Positions 24,301 through 36,300 of a stretch of DNA of 64,000 nucleotides are shown one piece after another. Within the stretch, counting starts at the first letter, position 1. Each line of letters opens with the position of its first letter. The notes below the pieces were generated by a model. That model worked only from the letters and a program-made list of their open reading frames with translations. It was not told where the DNA came from and ran no database searches. Position numbers and translations under genes: made by a program. Source of the stretch: Callorhinchus milii (Eukaryota); assembly GCF_018977255.1 (NCBI RefSeq), contig NW_024704742.1, forward strand, positions 33,668,001 to 33,732,000, read 5' to 3'.

Positions 24301-27300
24301 TTTGTTGTAATTAGTGAATTCCCTGCACCTTGTTTTGTTTGGCAAAACTATTTATACAAAATTAATGGCACAAGCCTGCATTGAATATGAATGCGTTATT
24401 TGCGTTGCATTATTTCTGAGAGCAGTGTGTTCTGTCAGGATTTGCCACTTTAAATGCATTGAAGATTTGCAAATATACCGCTGAAGAGAAAATAACACTT
24501 ACCCCTTTTGAAATTGAATTTGATGTTTGTGTATCTAGGAGTTTTTCTAAAGAAATATAAAAATCAACACATAAGTTGTACGTATTGGATAATGGTCAGT
24601 GATCTGAGACCCTACTCTATATGATGGACGATATATAAATGCTAGTTGTTGTGGTTGACCACGAGCTAGAGTTCTGTAGAAGACACGGCTGGATTTGTGT
24701 CCACTGGTCATATGCTGCATTATGTGATTTAACAAGTTTGGTACAAATACAAATACATTGTTTATTGCTGTGTTTCAAGGATTGTAAGATAAGGCACATA
24801 ATGAGGTTAAACAAAAACTGATCCTTCAATACCTTGTGCATTTTATTATGCAACACCAAATCCATCTACAATGTTTACACGTTTTGTGCCCCTTCGCCTC
24901 ATTAGTACCACATAGCTCATTTCTTATGCAGAATTATACAATAAACATTTAAGATTCAGAGTTAAATAACCTTTTTGAACAAATATACAATCAATTCGCT
25001 TTACAGTATAATCTGTGAAGCGCTTTGAGATGTCTCAAAGACGTAATTGGCACTATATCAAATGCAAGGATCGTTATTATTATAAATAAGGCAAATTAAT
25101 TTGATTACATCTAGCTCAACATATTCTCCCCCCCATTTATTGCAAGGTAAATTCTCCGGTACAGCAGGTGCCTTCAGTGATCCCGGCCATGAGCAGCATC
25201 ATCAGACATTCTAGGGATAATCTGCTCAATAACGTGGAGGAAGAACTTGAGTTTTCAGTGCCAAGCCACCGATCCGTTACCAGTGGACCCCTCTTTGGTA
25301 TGTGACATATTATTAAATAAATTCAATTTTTTTTAAACAATTTTGAATATGTGATATATTCAACTTTTAAAGCGTCACATATTTGTGGTGTTTTCCGGTC
25401 AACAATCCCATATTTAAAAGTGGTCATTCGCTTAATACTATGCACAAAATTGGCTATCATGTTTGCCTTCGAATACACAGTCACTGTACTCTACAGTAAA
25501 ATACTGTGAAATGCTCTGATGTTTCAACTAAAAGACTCTATATGAAAAATAATGATAATTATTATAGAATATCCTCCCTACATTATCCTCCACCATTCCA
25601 GAGTTCCATCTACAATTTCTGAGCTCTTCATCCTGAATGTGGGTCCCGCTGCCTTGGCTTATCTGAAAGTAAATATGTTTTGTATAAATTTATGCAAAAT
25701 TCTTGTCTTTCACAGGAAAAGAAGAGTTGAAGGCCAGAGAACCTAGAATCCGACCAGCTTTGAGACTAAGATCTCCACTTGTTACTGTGCCATTAGCCAC
25801 TGGTGTTGACTGGCCTGCTCCTAGTTTTGTGGACAGTTTTTCAGATGCAAATTGCGCCGATCATCTTGAGCAGAGCTCAACTGTTTACTCACTGCACAGC
25901 ATACAAGGGTGTTCACGTGGCATTGATGCTTCCTATAATAATACTGATGTATTGGTCCAAGAGCTTGAACAATCAGTGAATCCTCAAGTGACGTTTGAGA
26001 GTCAGGGTAGTAAATGGCTGAAGTATGAAAATTCGGCACAGCCCAGTGGAGTGTCTCAAAGAGGTGATGGCCTTGCTGAAGGAGATCACAACTTTAGTGG
26101 AGATGTTATGTTTGAAATGCCGACCTTTGAGGAAAGGAACAGAAAGTTTCTTGAGATGCAGAAACATTCAAGTGATTCACTTTGTGCACAGCTGATAAAA
26201 GAGAAACTGGTCAACCAACACGGAATTTCAAGCAGAGTAAACTTATCGGAAAGGACCACTTTGTTAAATGCCATACCTACAAATATGGGGCACGGTTTAT
26301 CAAACCAATCAAATAATCTCAGCCCAAAAGGATTGCAGGTAAAACTGACTGTTTTGAGTCTGACTTAATATTTGTCATGCTATTGTGCGGTAAAATGTGA
26401 CAAAAATAGTTTCGTGAAACATTGCTCCCCAAATGAATATATTCTTCATTTACCAACCTCTTTTTTNGGTCAGCTGGTTGTCTTGACACATGCAGAAACC
26501 CATCACCATGCTTAAGAGTATCCAAACCGAACTAAGAATTCCATGCATCCCACCTACATGGAAATTCCAGAGATATGTTTTTGGACTGGAATGCGACCTC
26601 TCTCCCTGGAGGGATGATTCTGTTTACCTAACTCCAGAAAGTATTAGGTGCAGGTTTGCTTAATCTGCTGGATTTAAGGCTTAAATTGCTGGTAGAAACA
26701 GTGTTCAAATGACCATTGTCTGTCAGAAAATTAATATTTTACATGCCTGCTCTATTTGTGTAAGTTCAGGGATAAATGATGTTGCTTATGAAAGGATGGT
26801 ATAAAATTGATCAATAAAACCCTGAGTTTTTTCAGGCTTTTGGGGGTCTATTCTTTCGTTTGAAAAACAGGCAAAAATTAAGAGTGGGGGAAATGATGCA
26901 CAAAAAGCGTAAAAAAACAGTGAAGTGAAATTTAGTATTTTTGAATATCAACAACTCAAGAAATCAAGCCAGATATTAATAAAATGTTAACTTTTATTTA
27001 GAAGAAAAGCAACTTCATAAATCAGATTAATTTTTTTTGCTCCTGTGCAATGTGATGCTTGTACTTACCTGCCTCTGCAATATGATGCAATGTAATAAAA
27101 GCTGTTTTAGTATCTCTGATAAAGATGGCCTTTCAGCAATAATATTCAATGATTGGTACTTTTGCTTCTATTGCAGAATCTCTTGGTGTCAGAGTTGTCT
27201 TTTCCCAGAGCACAGGTTTTGCAAGGGACTATGGTTCCTAAGAGACAAGTCACCATTCCAGTCACCTTCCTCAGTCCTGCCCATTACAGGCAGGTTTTCA

Positions 27301-30300
27301 CCGCAGCGTTAACAGGTATTACATAGAATTACATAGAACGTTGCAGCAGGGAATCAGGCCAATTGGCCCAACTCATCTGTGCCAGTGTTTATACTCCACA
27401 AGAGCCCCGACCCCTCCTCATCCCCTAAGACCTATATCCCTCTTCTTCCTTATGATTGCATTAATTTTCCCCATTATGTCTTCAAACATTATGTTTCTTC
27501 AAGTATTATCCAACTCCTAACTTCAGTAGGTAAATGTGATTATGGAAGTGCTTTTAAATGTTCACTCCACAATATATCTCTGTGGTTGATCCTGAGAATT
27601 ACTGACCATGATTAATTCGCATGCTGAGGTAGCTAACCTTAGTTGAGGTGGCAATGGAGTATCTATAGGCCCCGCTTGACTACAAAATACACAGTGACTG
27701 CATTTAACACTGTTTCAATATTATAGGGTCTATATCAATTTCAAAAGTTATTACAACAAAATAGAATGTACTATATAATGCATTTCATGTTGGGAAGTCA
27801 TCACAAAGCCCATTCACAGTGCTGGATCGGCACCCAAACTAAGGATGGGAGCTGAGGGGAGTGGGGACAGGAAAGATGGCTAAAAGAGGTACATTTTGAG
27901 ACATTGCCTTGAAAGGAGAATGGAGGGAGCAAACCCATTTATGTGCCAGGAACACTCTGAACGATTCAGTGTATGATCAGTTTCACAGCGTGCTTATGAT
28001 TTGTTTTTTCAGAACATCTCAACATTTTGCTATATGAATTGTCTTTAAAACTTCACCGAGTACTGTCAAATGTCGATCTAACCCAGTATTCTTCAGAAAA
28101 ATCAGGAGGCGCTGATATTAAGCAAAGCTTTATCCCCCTTTGCCAACATCAGCAGCCTGCAAAACTTGTCATGGTTAAAAAGGAAGGTCCAAATAAGGTA
28201 ATGTTTGCAGCAAGCTTTCATTATCTAGATATCTCAAGATTTTAATAGAGGTTTGGAAAGCTATGGAACAGTGGAAACTTGCTTTATATTGACAGAATGT
28301 GTTCTTTGGTACATGGAATTATCAAATGCAAGGATGATTATATTATTATTATTATTACTTGCTGTAATCTCATTCCTCATGTTTTCCTCTGTACCTTTTA
28401 ACAGTATTTTTCCTCAAGTAATTTATCCAACTCCTAGCTTAGAGTATCTAGGTTTTTTTTTGTTTTGCTTTCGGACTGTTTGATTTATTGGGGTGGGTGT
28501 ATTTAGCTTTAAGGAACTTAATTCTTAGAACTGAGTCTTGTTTGCTTTACTTGCAGGGTCGTTTGTTCTACACTTGTGATGCCTCAAAGTCTGACCAGTG
28601 TAAGTTCTTCAAATGGTTAGACAATGTGAAGCCCATTGACTCAAAGCAGGAAACTGGGCCTCAGTCAAAACTGATGCTAGCTGATGCAAAGAGCATATCT
28701 GCTTTCATCAGAAGTCAGCATATACATTTTTATGGTGAATGCCAGCTGCACGTAAGGTGAGATCATTATTGCTTGTCTATTTTGGAGGAGAGATTCCTTA
28801 ACAGCCAGCCGCTGTGATTGGGTTACTTAACACATGTGGAAATCACATACATGGTTGCTCTTCCAAATGACGCTCAGTGTCATTATTTTTTAATGCTCTT
28901 GGTTGTGATGGCCTGCACGATTGATTAGTATCAACTAGCCTGCCGACAATGTCTGAGATTGCTCCTTACATCCGTGCTATGAACCACTCTGTCTTCCCCC
29001 ACTTCTGCAACATTGCCCGACTCCGCCACTGCCTCAAACCTCAGGCCGCTGAAACCCTCATACATGCCTTCATTGCAACCAGGCTCGACTATACCAACAA
29101 CTTCCTTATCAGCCTTACCAACTCTTCCCTCCACAAGCTGTGAATCATCCAGAACTCTGCAGCTCATGTACTCTCCCACACCAGGCTCCATGACTCCATC
29201 ACACCCACCCTCGCCCAGCTCCACTGGTTCCCCATCCCTCAGAGGAACGAGTTCAAAATTCTCGACCTCACCTTCAAGACCCTCCATGGCCTTGGCTCCT
29301 CCTTCCTCTCCGACCTGCTAACCCCTTATCAACCTGTCCGCTCCCTCCTCTTAGCAAGCTCCGGCCTGCTCCATGTCCCCTGCCCGCTCCGCTCCACCAT
29401 TGTCGGGCCTTCTGCCATTCTGACCCCACCCTCTGGAACTCCATCACACATTCCCTTTGCCTCGCTCCCTCCCTTGCATCGTTCAAGGCATGCCTCAAGA
29501 TCCTCCTCTTCGACCATGCCTTCATCCACCCTCTCTGCCCTCCACCCCTCCTAATTTCACTTCCCCCCACCGCCACCCCCCTCCGACCCCCACTTGGGAG
29601 CTAATCCTCACTGTTCAACACCTTAGGATGTCCTCCCGACGTGAAAGGCACTTTGCAAATGTAATTTTGTATTGTATTATATTTTGTGTTGCACATCAGG
29701 CAGGGACTGAAGCAGTCAGATCCTGGAGGAGGGCATCTGTGAAGCTGTACACCAGCAAAGAGGCCATTCCTTTGAAGGGCAGGATAGGAAAAGGACTCAA
29801 AACTGTTACCTTCACCCGAATCCTAACATTTTAGCAAATTGAATTTATCTCCCTTTACCATCCATTTGTGCTGTTGATTTTATACTATTCAAGAATAAGT
29901 AAAATTCCAATGAATAGCTATTATTGGAATTATAACAATAATAGTCCTTACGTTTAATATTGTCTACTTTGGGAGGACAGCTGAAATGCTTCACAGGATT
30001 TGCTGTGAGGTATAATGCATCTTTGAACTCTCAAGTCTTGGCGGACGCTTCAAAGCCATGCTAGATATGCGATGGATTGTTTGGAGGTGCCATCCTGTAC
30101 ATTTTTTGCAGGCTAGTGTGGCAGGAAGTTTGCACATTTTCCTTATTTGCTTTGGCTCTGAAATTTCTGATTTTCCTTCACACCTCAGGCACTGACAGCA
30201 TCACCATCCATGGTTGCACACTTCACCTTACTAAGCCAGTCCGGAACCTTGGCGTCTTGTTTGACCCTCAAATATCTTTTCTACCCCACATCTGTGCCAT

Positions 30301-33300
30301 GACCCGCTCTGCCTTCCCCCACCTTCACAACATTGCCTGACTCCTCCACTGTCTCACACCACAGGCCGCCAAAACCCTCATATATGCTTTCATTAGATCG
30401 AGGTTTGATTATATAAACTTCTTGATTGGCGGCCTCCCCAACTTCTCCCTCCATAAGCTGCAGATCATCCAGAACTCTGCAGCCCGTGTCCTCTCCGCAC
30501 CAAGGCTCCGCGACCCTATCATCCCCATCCTCGCCCAACACCAATGACTTCCCATTCCACAGAGGATACAGTTCAAGATCCCGGTCATCACCTTCAAAGC
30601 CCTCCATGGTCTTGCTCCCCTCTACCTCAGTGGGCTCCGGCCTGCTTCATGTCCCCCGTCTCGCTCGTCCCACTATTGGCGGGCGGGCCTTCAGCCACTC
30701 TGCCCCACCCTCTGGAACTCCATCCCGTAGTTCCTCCACCTCGCCCCTTCCCTTGCCTCCTTCAAGACCCATCTCAAGACCCTCCTCTTCAACCGTGCTT
30801 TCAATCACTCTCATTCCCTCACTGCCCTCCACCCTCCCCAATCCTGACCCCCAGCTCGGGTCCAAAATTCTGTCTGTTCAGCACCTTGGGACGTCCTCCC
30901 GACATGAAAAGTCTGTACAAATGTAATTTTGTTGTTGTTGTTCCTTTAAAAAAAATTAAATTAAACCCTCTGGGCATGGACTGTAAGAACTTTTTCTACC
31001 TCTGCTGTTTACAGGAGAAGAACATTTAATTTTCACAATAGGAAGTTTTGTCGTGGCAAATTGAAGGAACTCAGAAATGATGAAGATTTGGAAAACACCT
31101 GTCAACCAAAACTGTACCTTCGACTGAGCAGGAAAGAGAACTCCTCGGTCTACAGTAGAGGTATTATAATAATAATAATAATCCTTGCATTTGATATAGC
31201 GCTTTTTCACATCTAGACGTCTCAAAGCGCTTCACAGAATATGCTGTAAAGTGAATTGACTGTATATTTGTGGGTGAAACATATTTGTATACAAGCTCTT
31301 TAGTACAACTTAGAGAAGTGATATGTAAGCTCGTTTGGCTTGCTTGCTGGACTTCCCAACTCTTTCCTCCACAAGCTGCAGATTATTCAGAACTCTGCAG
31401 CTCGTGTCCTCTCCCGCACCAGGCTCCGCGAACCAATCCCCCCCGTTCTTGGCGGTTTCACTGGTACCCTAACCCTCAGAAGATCGAGTACAAAACCCTT
31501 ATTCTTACCTTCAAAGCACTCCACGGTCTTGCTCCTCCCTACCTCTCCAACCTCCTAACCCTATATTAGCCTTTATGCTCCCTCTGCTTGGTGGACACTG
31601 GTCTGCTGCACTTACCCCGCACTTCCCATGGCACCATTGCCGGTCGAGCATTCAGCCTCTCTGTCCCCACAATCTGGAACTCTATCTCGCAATCCCTCTT
31701 GCCTCCTTCAAGTCCTGTCTAAAAATCTTCCTTTTCGACCATGCCTTTGGCCACCCTCCCACCAACCTCCTACCTCCACCCCCCCCTGCCCTCCACTTCT
31801 CCTGATGCCAATTCCCAGCTCGGGTCCAAAAACCCTGGACTGTCCAGCGCCCTGGGACGTTTTTCTGACTTGAAGGGTGCTCTATAAGTGTAATTTGTTG
31901 TTGTAGTTGCAATAGTAAATGCTTGACTACTGGATGTCTCTTATGCCAACTCTCCAGAACTGATCCAGGAGGCTCTACTCTCCATAATCCCATTTCAAAT
32001 CACTGCGCATGGGCACAGAAAGTCTGTCATTTCCCAGGCTAGCAGTGAGGCCATTAACGTTGCTGTTTTTTAGTTGTCCTTCTCTTATTTTTTCTTCTTT
32101 TAAACAATATTTAATTTTGGCAGATGATCTCTGGATAGTATCAAAAACCTTGGCATTTGACCCGTTGGATACCTTCATCGCATGTAGTGTTTTCTTTGGA
32201 CCATCTTCAGCCAATGAAGTGGAGATTTTACCATTGAAAGGATATTCTCCATCAAACTGGCCTTCAGACAGTAAGATTTTTCTTTGTTGATGTAAGAAAT
32301 TCCATCTTTGTAAAGTGTTCATTGGGGCACTGAGAGTACTGCAGTTAATACAATGGCAGATTGACTCAGTTGGTAGGATTCTCACCTCTAGATTCTGGGT
32401 TCAAGCCCCACTTTGGATCTTGAACTCAGAGTCGAAGCTGATTAGAATATAAGGATTTGTGACGTATAGATAATTCTTCAAAAAAAATGTGGTCACTCAA
32501 TCCATGACTGTTTGTGGGACACTACTGTGCGCAATTGGCTGCCACGTTTCGCCCGCAAAATATACAGTCAATTCACTTTACAGTACATTCTGTGAAACGC
32601 TTTGAGACTATATCAAATGCAAGGATTATAATTATTATTATTATCTGCCTGTTCTTCAGATGCATATTAAAGATCCCACTAAAGACACTATTTGAAAAGA
32701 GAAAGCACTTTCTGATAAACTGAATATAATTTACCAACAGATAAAATTGTTTATTTACAGTCTGACTATTTGTGGGGCCTTGCTACGTTCAAAATGTTTG
32801 TGTTTATGTTGGTAGAACATCTCAAATTGCTTCAGATAGCTGACTGGAAGTCCAAGCTTGGGGAGGGTGGAGAGGAGGTGGAGTGGGAGGGGGGAACAGT
32901 TGAAGAGGGAAGAAAGTTGACCAAAGTGCTGAGAAAAGGATAGATTAAAGTGGGTTTTGAAGGTGGGAGGGAGAGGGTGGGTTGGAGGGACTAATGAATG
33001 GAGTTCCAGAGTCAGGGCAGAATAACTGAAAGCTCTCCTACCAATGATGGGGTTGGGTGAATTGGATGGGGAACATGAAGCAGGTCAGTGTTTGCTGAAC
33101 AGAGGGAGTGGCTGGGCTACTAGGACAGCAGGAGGTCATAGAGTTGGGGTGAATTGAGGCCGTTTTGCCATTCGAACGTGAGGAATGAGGATCTTGAATT
33201 CAAACAACTAGGTGATGGGGAAATCACTGGAGCTGAGCAAGAATGGGGTGGAAGATGGGCTTGTGGGGTCTTGTGCAGGAGAGAAATTATAGTGTAGGAT

Positions 33301-36300
33301 TTTGCTCTTTCCTTCCTTGCTGCCACCCCCACCCATTTTCCTATTTCCACCCTCCTGTTTCTCTCTGGGCCCACTGTGGACATCTGAGCAATATTATTAG
33401 AATATACTTATTTCCTATTACTGTATGTGCTTCCTTCATTATTTTAAATATCAAGTTGAAGTTGAATCCACATGCTTATGGCTGTAAACAAAATTTATCA
33501 AAATAGTTTTTGACGTTATTGCCATTTAAGCATTGTCATTTACATGATCTAGGATTTGAACAAAACTAATCTTCAGAATTTTCTCTGTTCTGCTAGTGAT
33601 CGTTCATGCCTTGTTCGTTGGCAATGCCAGCACTGAATTTACATCGCTGAGGAATCTGCAGGAGCATGTCAATCCAGCCTCACTTCCTTTGATGCCATAT
33701 TTACTCAAAATGTAAGCCATTCACTTATGTATACTGTACTGGTACATGGAACCCCTGCTTAATTTTAGTCTCCTTGCTGTAGAATCAAAGTTCTTTTTTA
33801 AAAGAAACCAATTCAATGATGTGATTATACAAGGAAGTACAAATTAATTGTCTTTTACAATAATATAATAAAATAAATAATATATATTTTTAATACAATA
33901 CAAATTTACGGAAGTACGACCCAAGGTGCTTTACAATCCATGCTTGGCACTCAAGGTGGGTGTGGGAGTAGAGAGGGGAAAGGTGACCAAAGGCGTGGTC
34001 ACCAAGAAAGGTCTTGAGATGGACCTTGAGCGAGGTGAGCGAGGGAGCACCTCTTTTTATCAAAAGGTGATAAACAGTTCAAATAAAATAGTGAAATATA
34101 ATCAAATAATTGGCCTGTGGTGAACTAAAATTTGTTTCATGGGGTCATTCCAGCAGTTGTCTTCTTTTTGGTCATCTGGGTGTCTATGAGATGTTTATTA
34201 GAATGAAGTGGGTGCTCTCTCCCTGGAGGGGCCCACCCTGCCTACCTAATTCCAGAAAGTAATAGGCGCAGGTTGTCAAGAGCCAAGGCTTGGGCCCCCA
34301 GGGTGTGCATTGGGATATTGCTAGAATTTAACTAGCTAAAACTGCATAGTTTGCCATTGAAAACACTGTCTGGCAAGCTTCTGCTGCTTGTCCAGGTAGG
34401 ACCACCTTACCCTATTAGGGCTTGGCTTGTAGGATTGACAGAGATGAGTGGGAAGAATCCCTGCGCCCAGATTGCCTCTTCAAATCCTGCTAACATGCTA
34501 GGCTGGCCGATCTGTCATAATCAGTGCCATGGAGTACTGCAGACCCACCTGGCTCAGGAACCGGACAACCAAGACTGTGACAGAGAGTCTATTTGATTCT
34601 TATGTTCCATTGACAGGCATATCACAAACAAGCCAGTTCAGCCTTAAACAAATCCCATTTATTTCTTGTTCCCTAACCCCCAACGTGGAAAATGCTATGA
34701 TAAAGGATAATCGGGAAAGGAGTTGAGGGGAAACAAGATTTTAATTTATCGAGTTGGGTTCTGGAGATCGATGTTGAGGCACTTAACAAGATTAGTCTTT
34801 TGTTTGATGGAGACATTTTAAAAGGGAGGGTAAAAATCCACAATCGTATTTCACGTGCGTTTGTAACGTTAGACAGTGATATCTTAGCAAATTAATTCTC
34901 TCCCACACCATAACACCATGAAGTGCAGGAGTGTTGGCCATAAATCCTTAAATCTAGGGAAGTTAAATGCATTTGCATCTTCTTGGTTAACGTTCCTCAC
35001 TAAACTAGCAGCTGTGCCACACATCAGATGAGCCTGGAAGCTGATTCAGAACAACTTATCCCAACTCCCCAATAAACCTAGTCGGACGACTCCAGCTTGA
35101 CTGGCAGGGCTGTTCAAAATGCAGAAGGCTAGGAGTGAATAGAGGCATTTCAGGACATTCTCCTGATGTGAAAGGCACTATACCAAATGTAAGGATTATT
35201 ATTATTAGAGGAAGGGAATTGGCAGGAGGGAAGTCTCTAGGGTCGTTGTTAGCTCTGTATATGTGTGGCCATTATGAAGGAGAAATATTTCTAATAGAAA
35301 GTACTCTGACTTTCCATTTCCGATAATGTATCACATGATAATGTGAGCTGAATATTTTCAGTTTTTTTAACATTAGGAAGAACAAGTTTGAGTTTTGTTT
35401 CTGCATTTTCAAAGGCTGTTTAAGTAAATAAATTAAAATAACCCCAAATAATAACCAGAGCCTTATTACCTCGTCAAAACATTTCAAAACACCTAACAGT
35501 GTTTTACTGTAAATTATTGACTGCCTATTTATAGGTGAACGAGGTAGCCAATTTGAGCACAGCAATGTCCCACAAAATTGTGCTTTGTTTGTCTTGTGAT
35601 CTGGTGATGTTCCTGCAGAAAAATAAAACTTGTATTTATTTCAATCTGCAGGTCTTATACTGGTGAGGAGGCAGTGAACAGATCTGCACGAGGAAGATTT
35701 AATTCTCCTGCCTTAAAAAGGCCAATGCCACAGACGAGGCTGTTGTGCCCAGAGACAACCCTTGTGATGGCCATGGAGATGATGCATGTGTTTCACCTGA
35801 ATCCAGATCAGGCGGCTGCTTTGAGACAAATCGCTATAATGATGGCGAGCAGCAAGAGCCCACAGGAGTCTGTTCTGCCTATCACAGTCATACATGGTAA
35901 AGAGGAGTGCTCAGAAGGTTTTTTCTGCTTTTGTCCCCTCTGCTTTAATTTAACCTTCATTTTTGTTCTTTCATTGAACCTCTCATACCACAGCTGATCC
36001 TGCTCAGTGAAATCTCCAGGCAGGCAGCTGCTCCTTTTGAGAGACCTTTGGAATGGAAGCATCTGATTCTCCCCTCTCTGCATCATGTACAGGTGCACTG
36101 CCCCCAAGTGGGCAGCTTGAGTTAGTTTTCTTTTACCTAAAGAAGGTAAAAGAAAGGCATTTGATAGGCATTTGATTTGGCTTGTGTGTGGAGGGATTGG
36201 GTTCACATTCTATCCCATCCCAAATTTCATGAACCTGGATCTTCTAGTATGGGCCACTGGATATTGTAATGATCAGGAGCAATAATATCTGACTGATTTT

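Noticed and set aside
26467..26467. Single N
   Set aside because: Assembly ambiguity, not biology; it does obscure the terminus of repeat copy C
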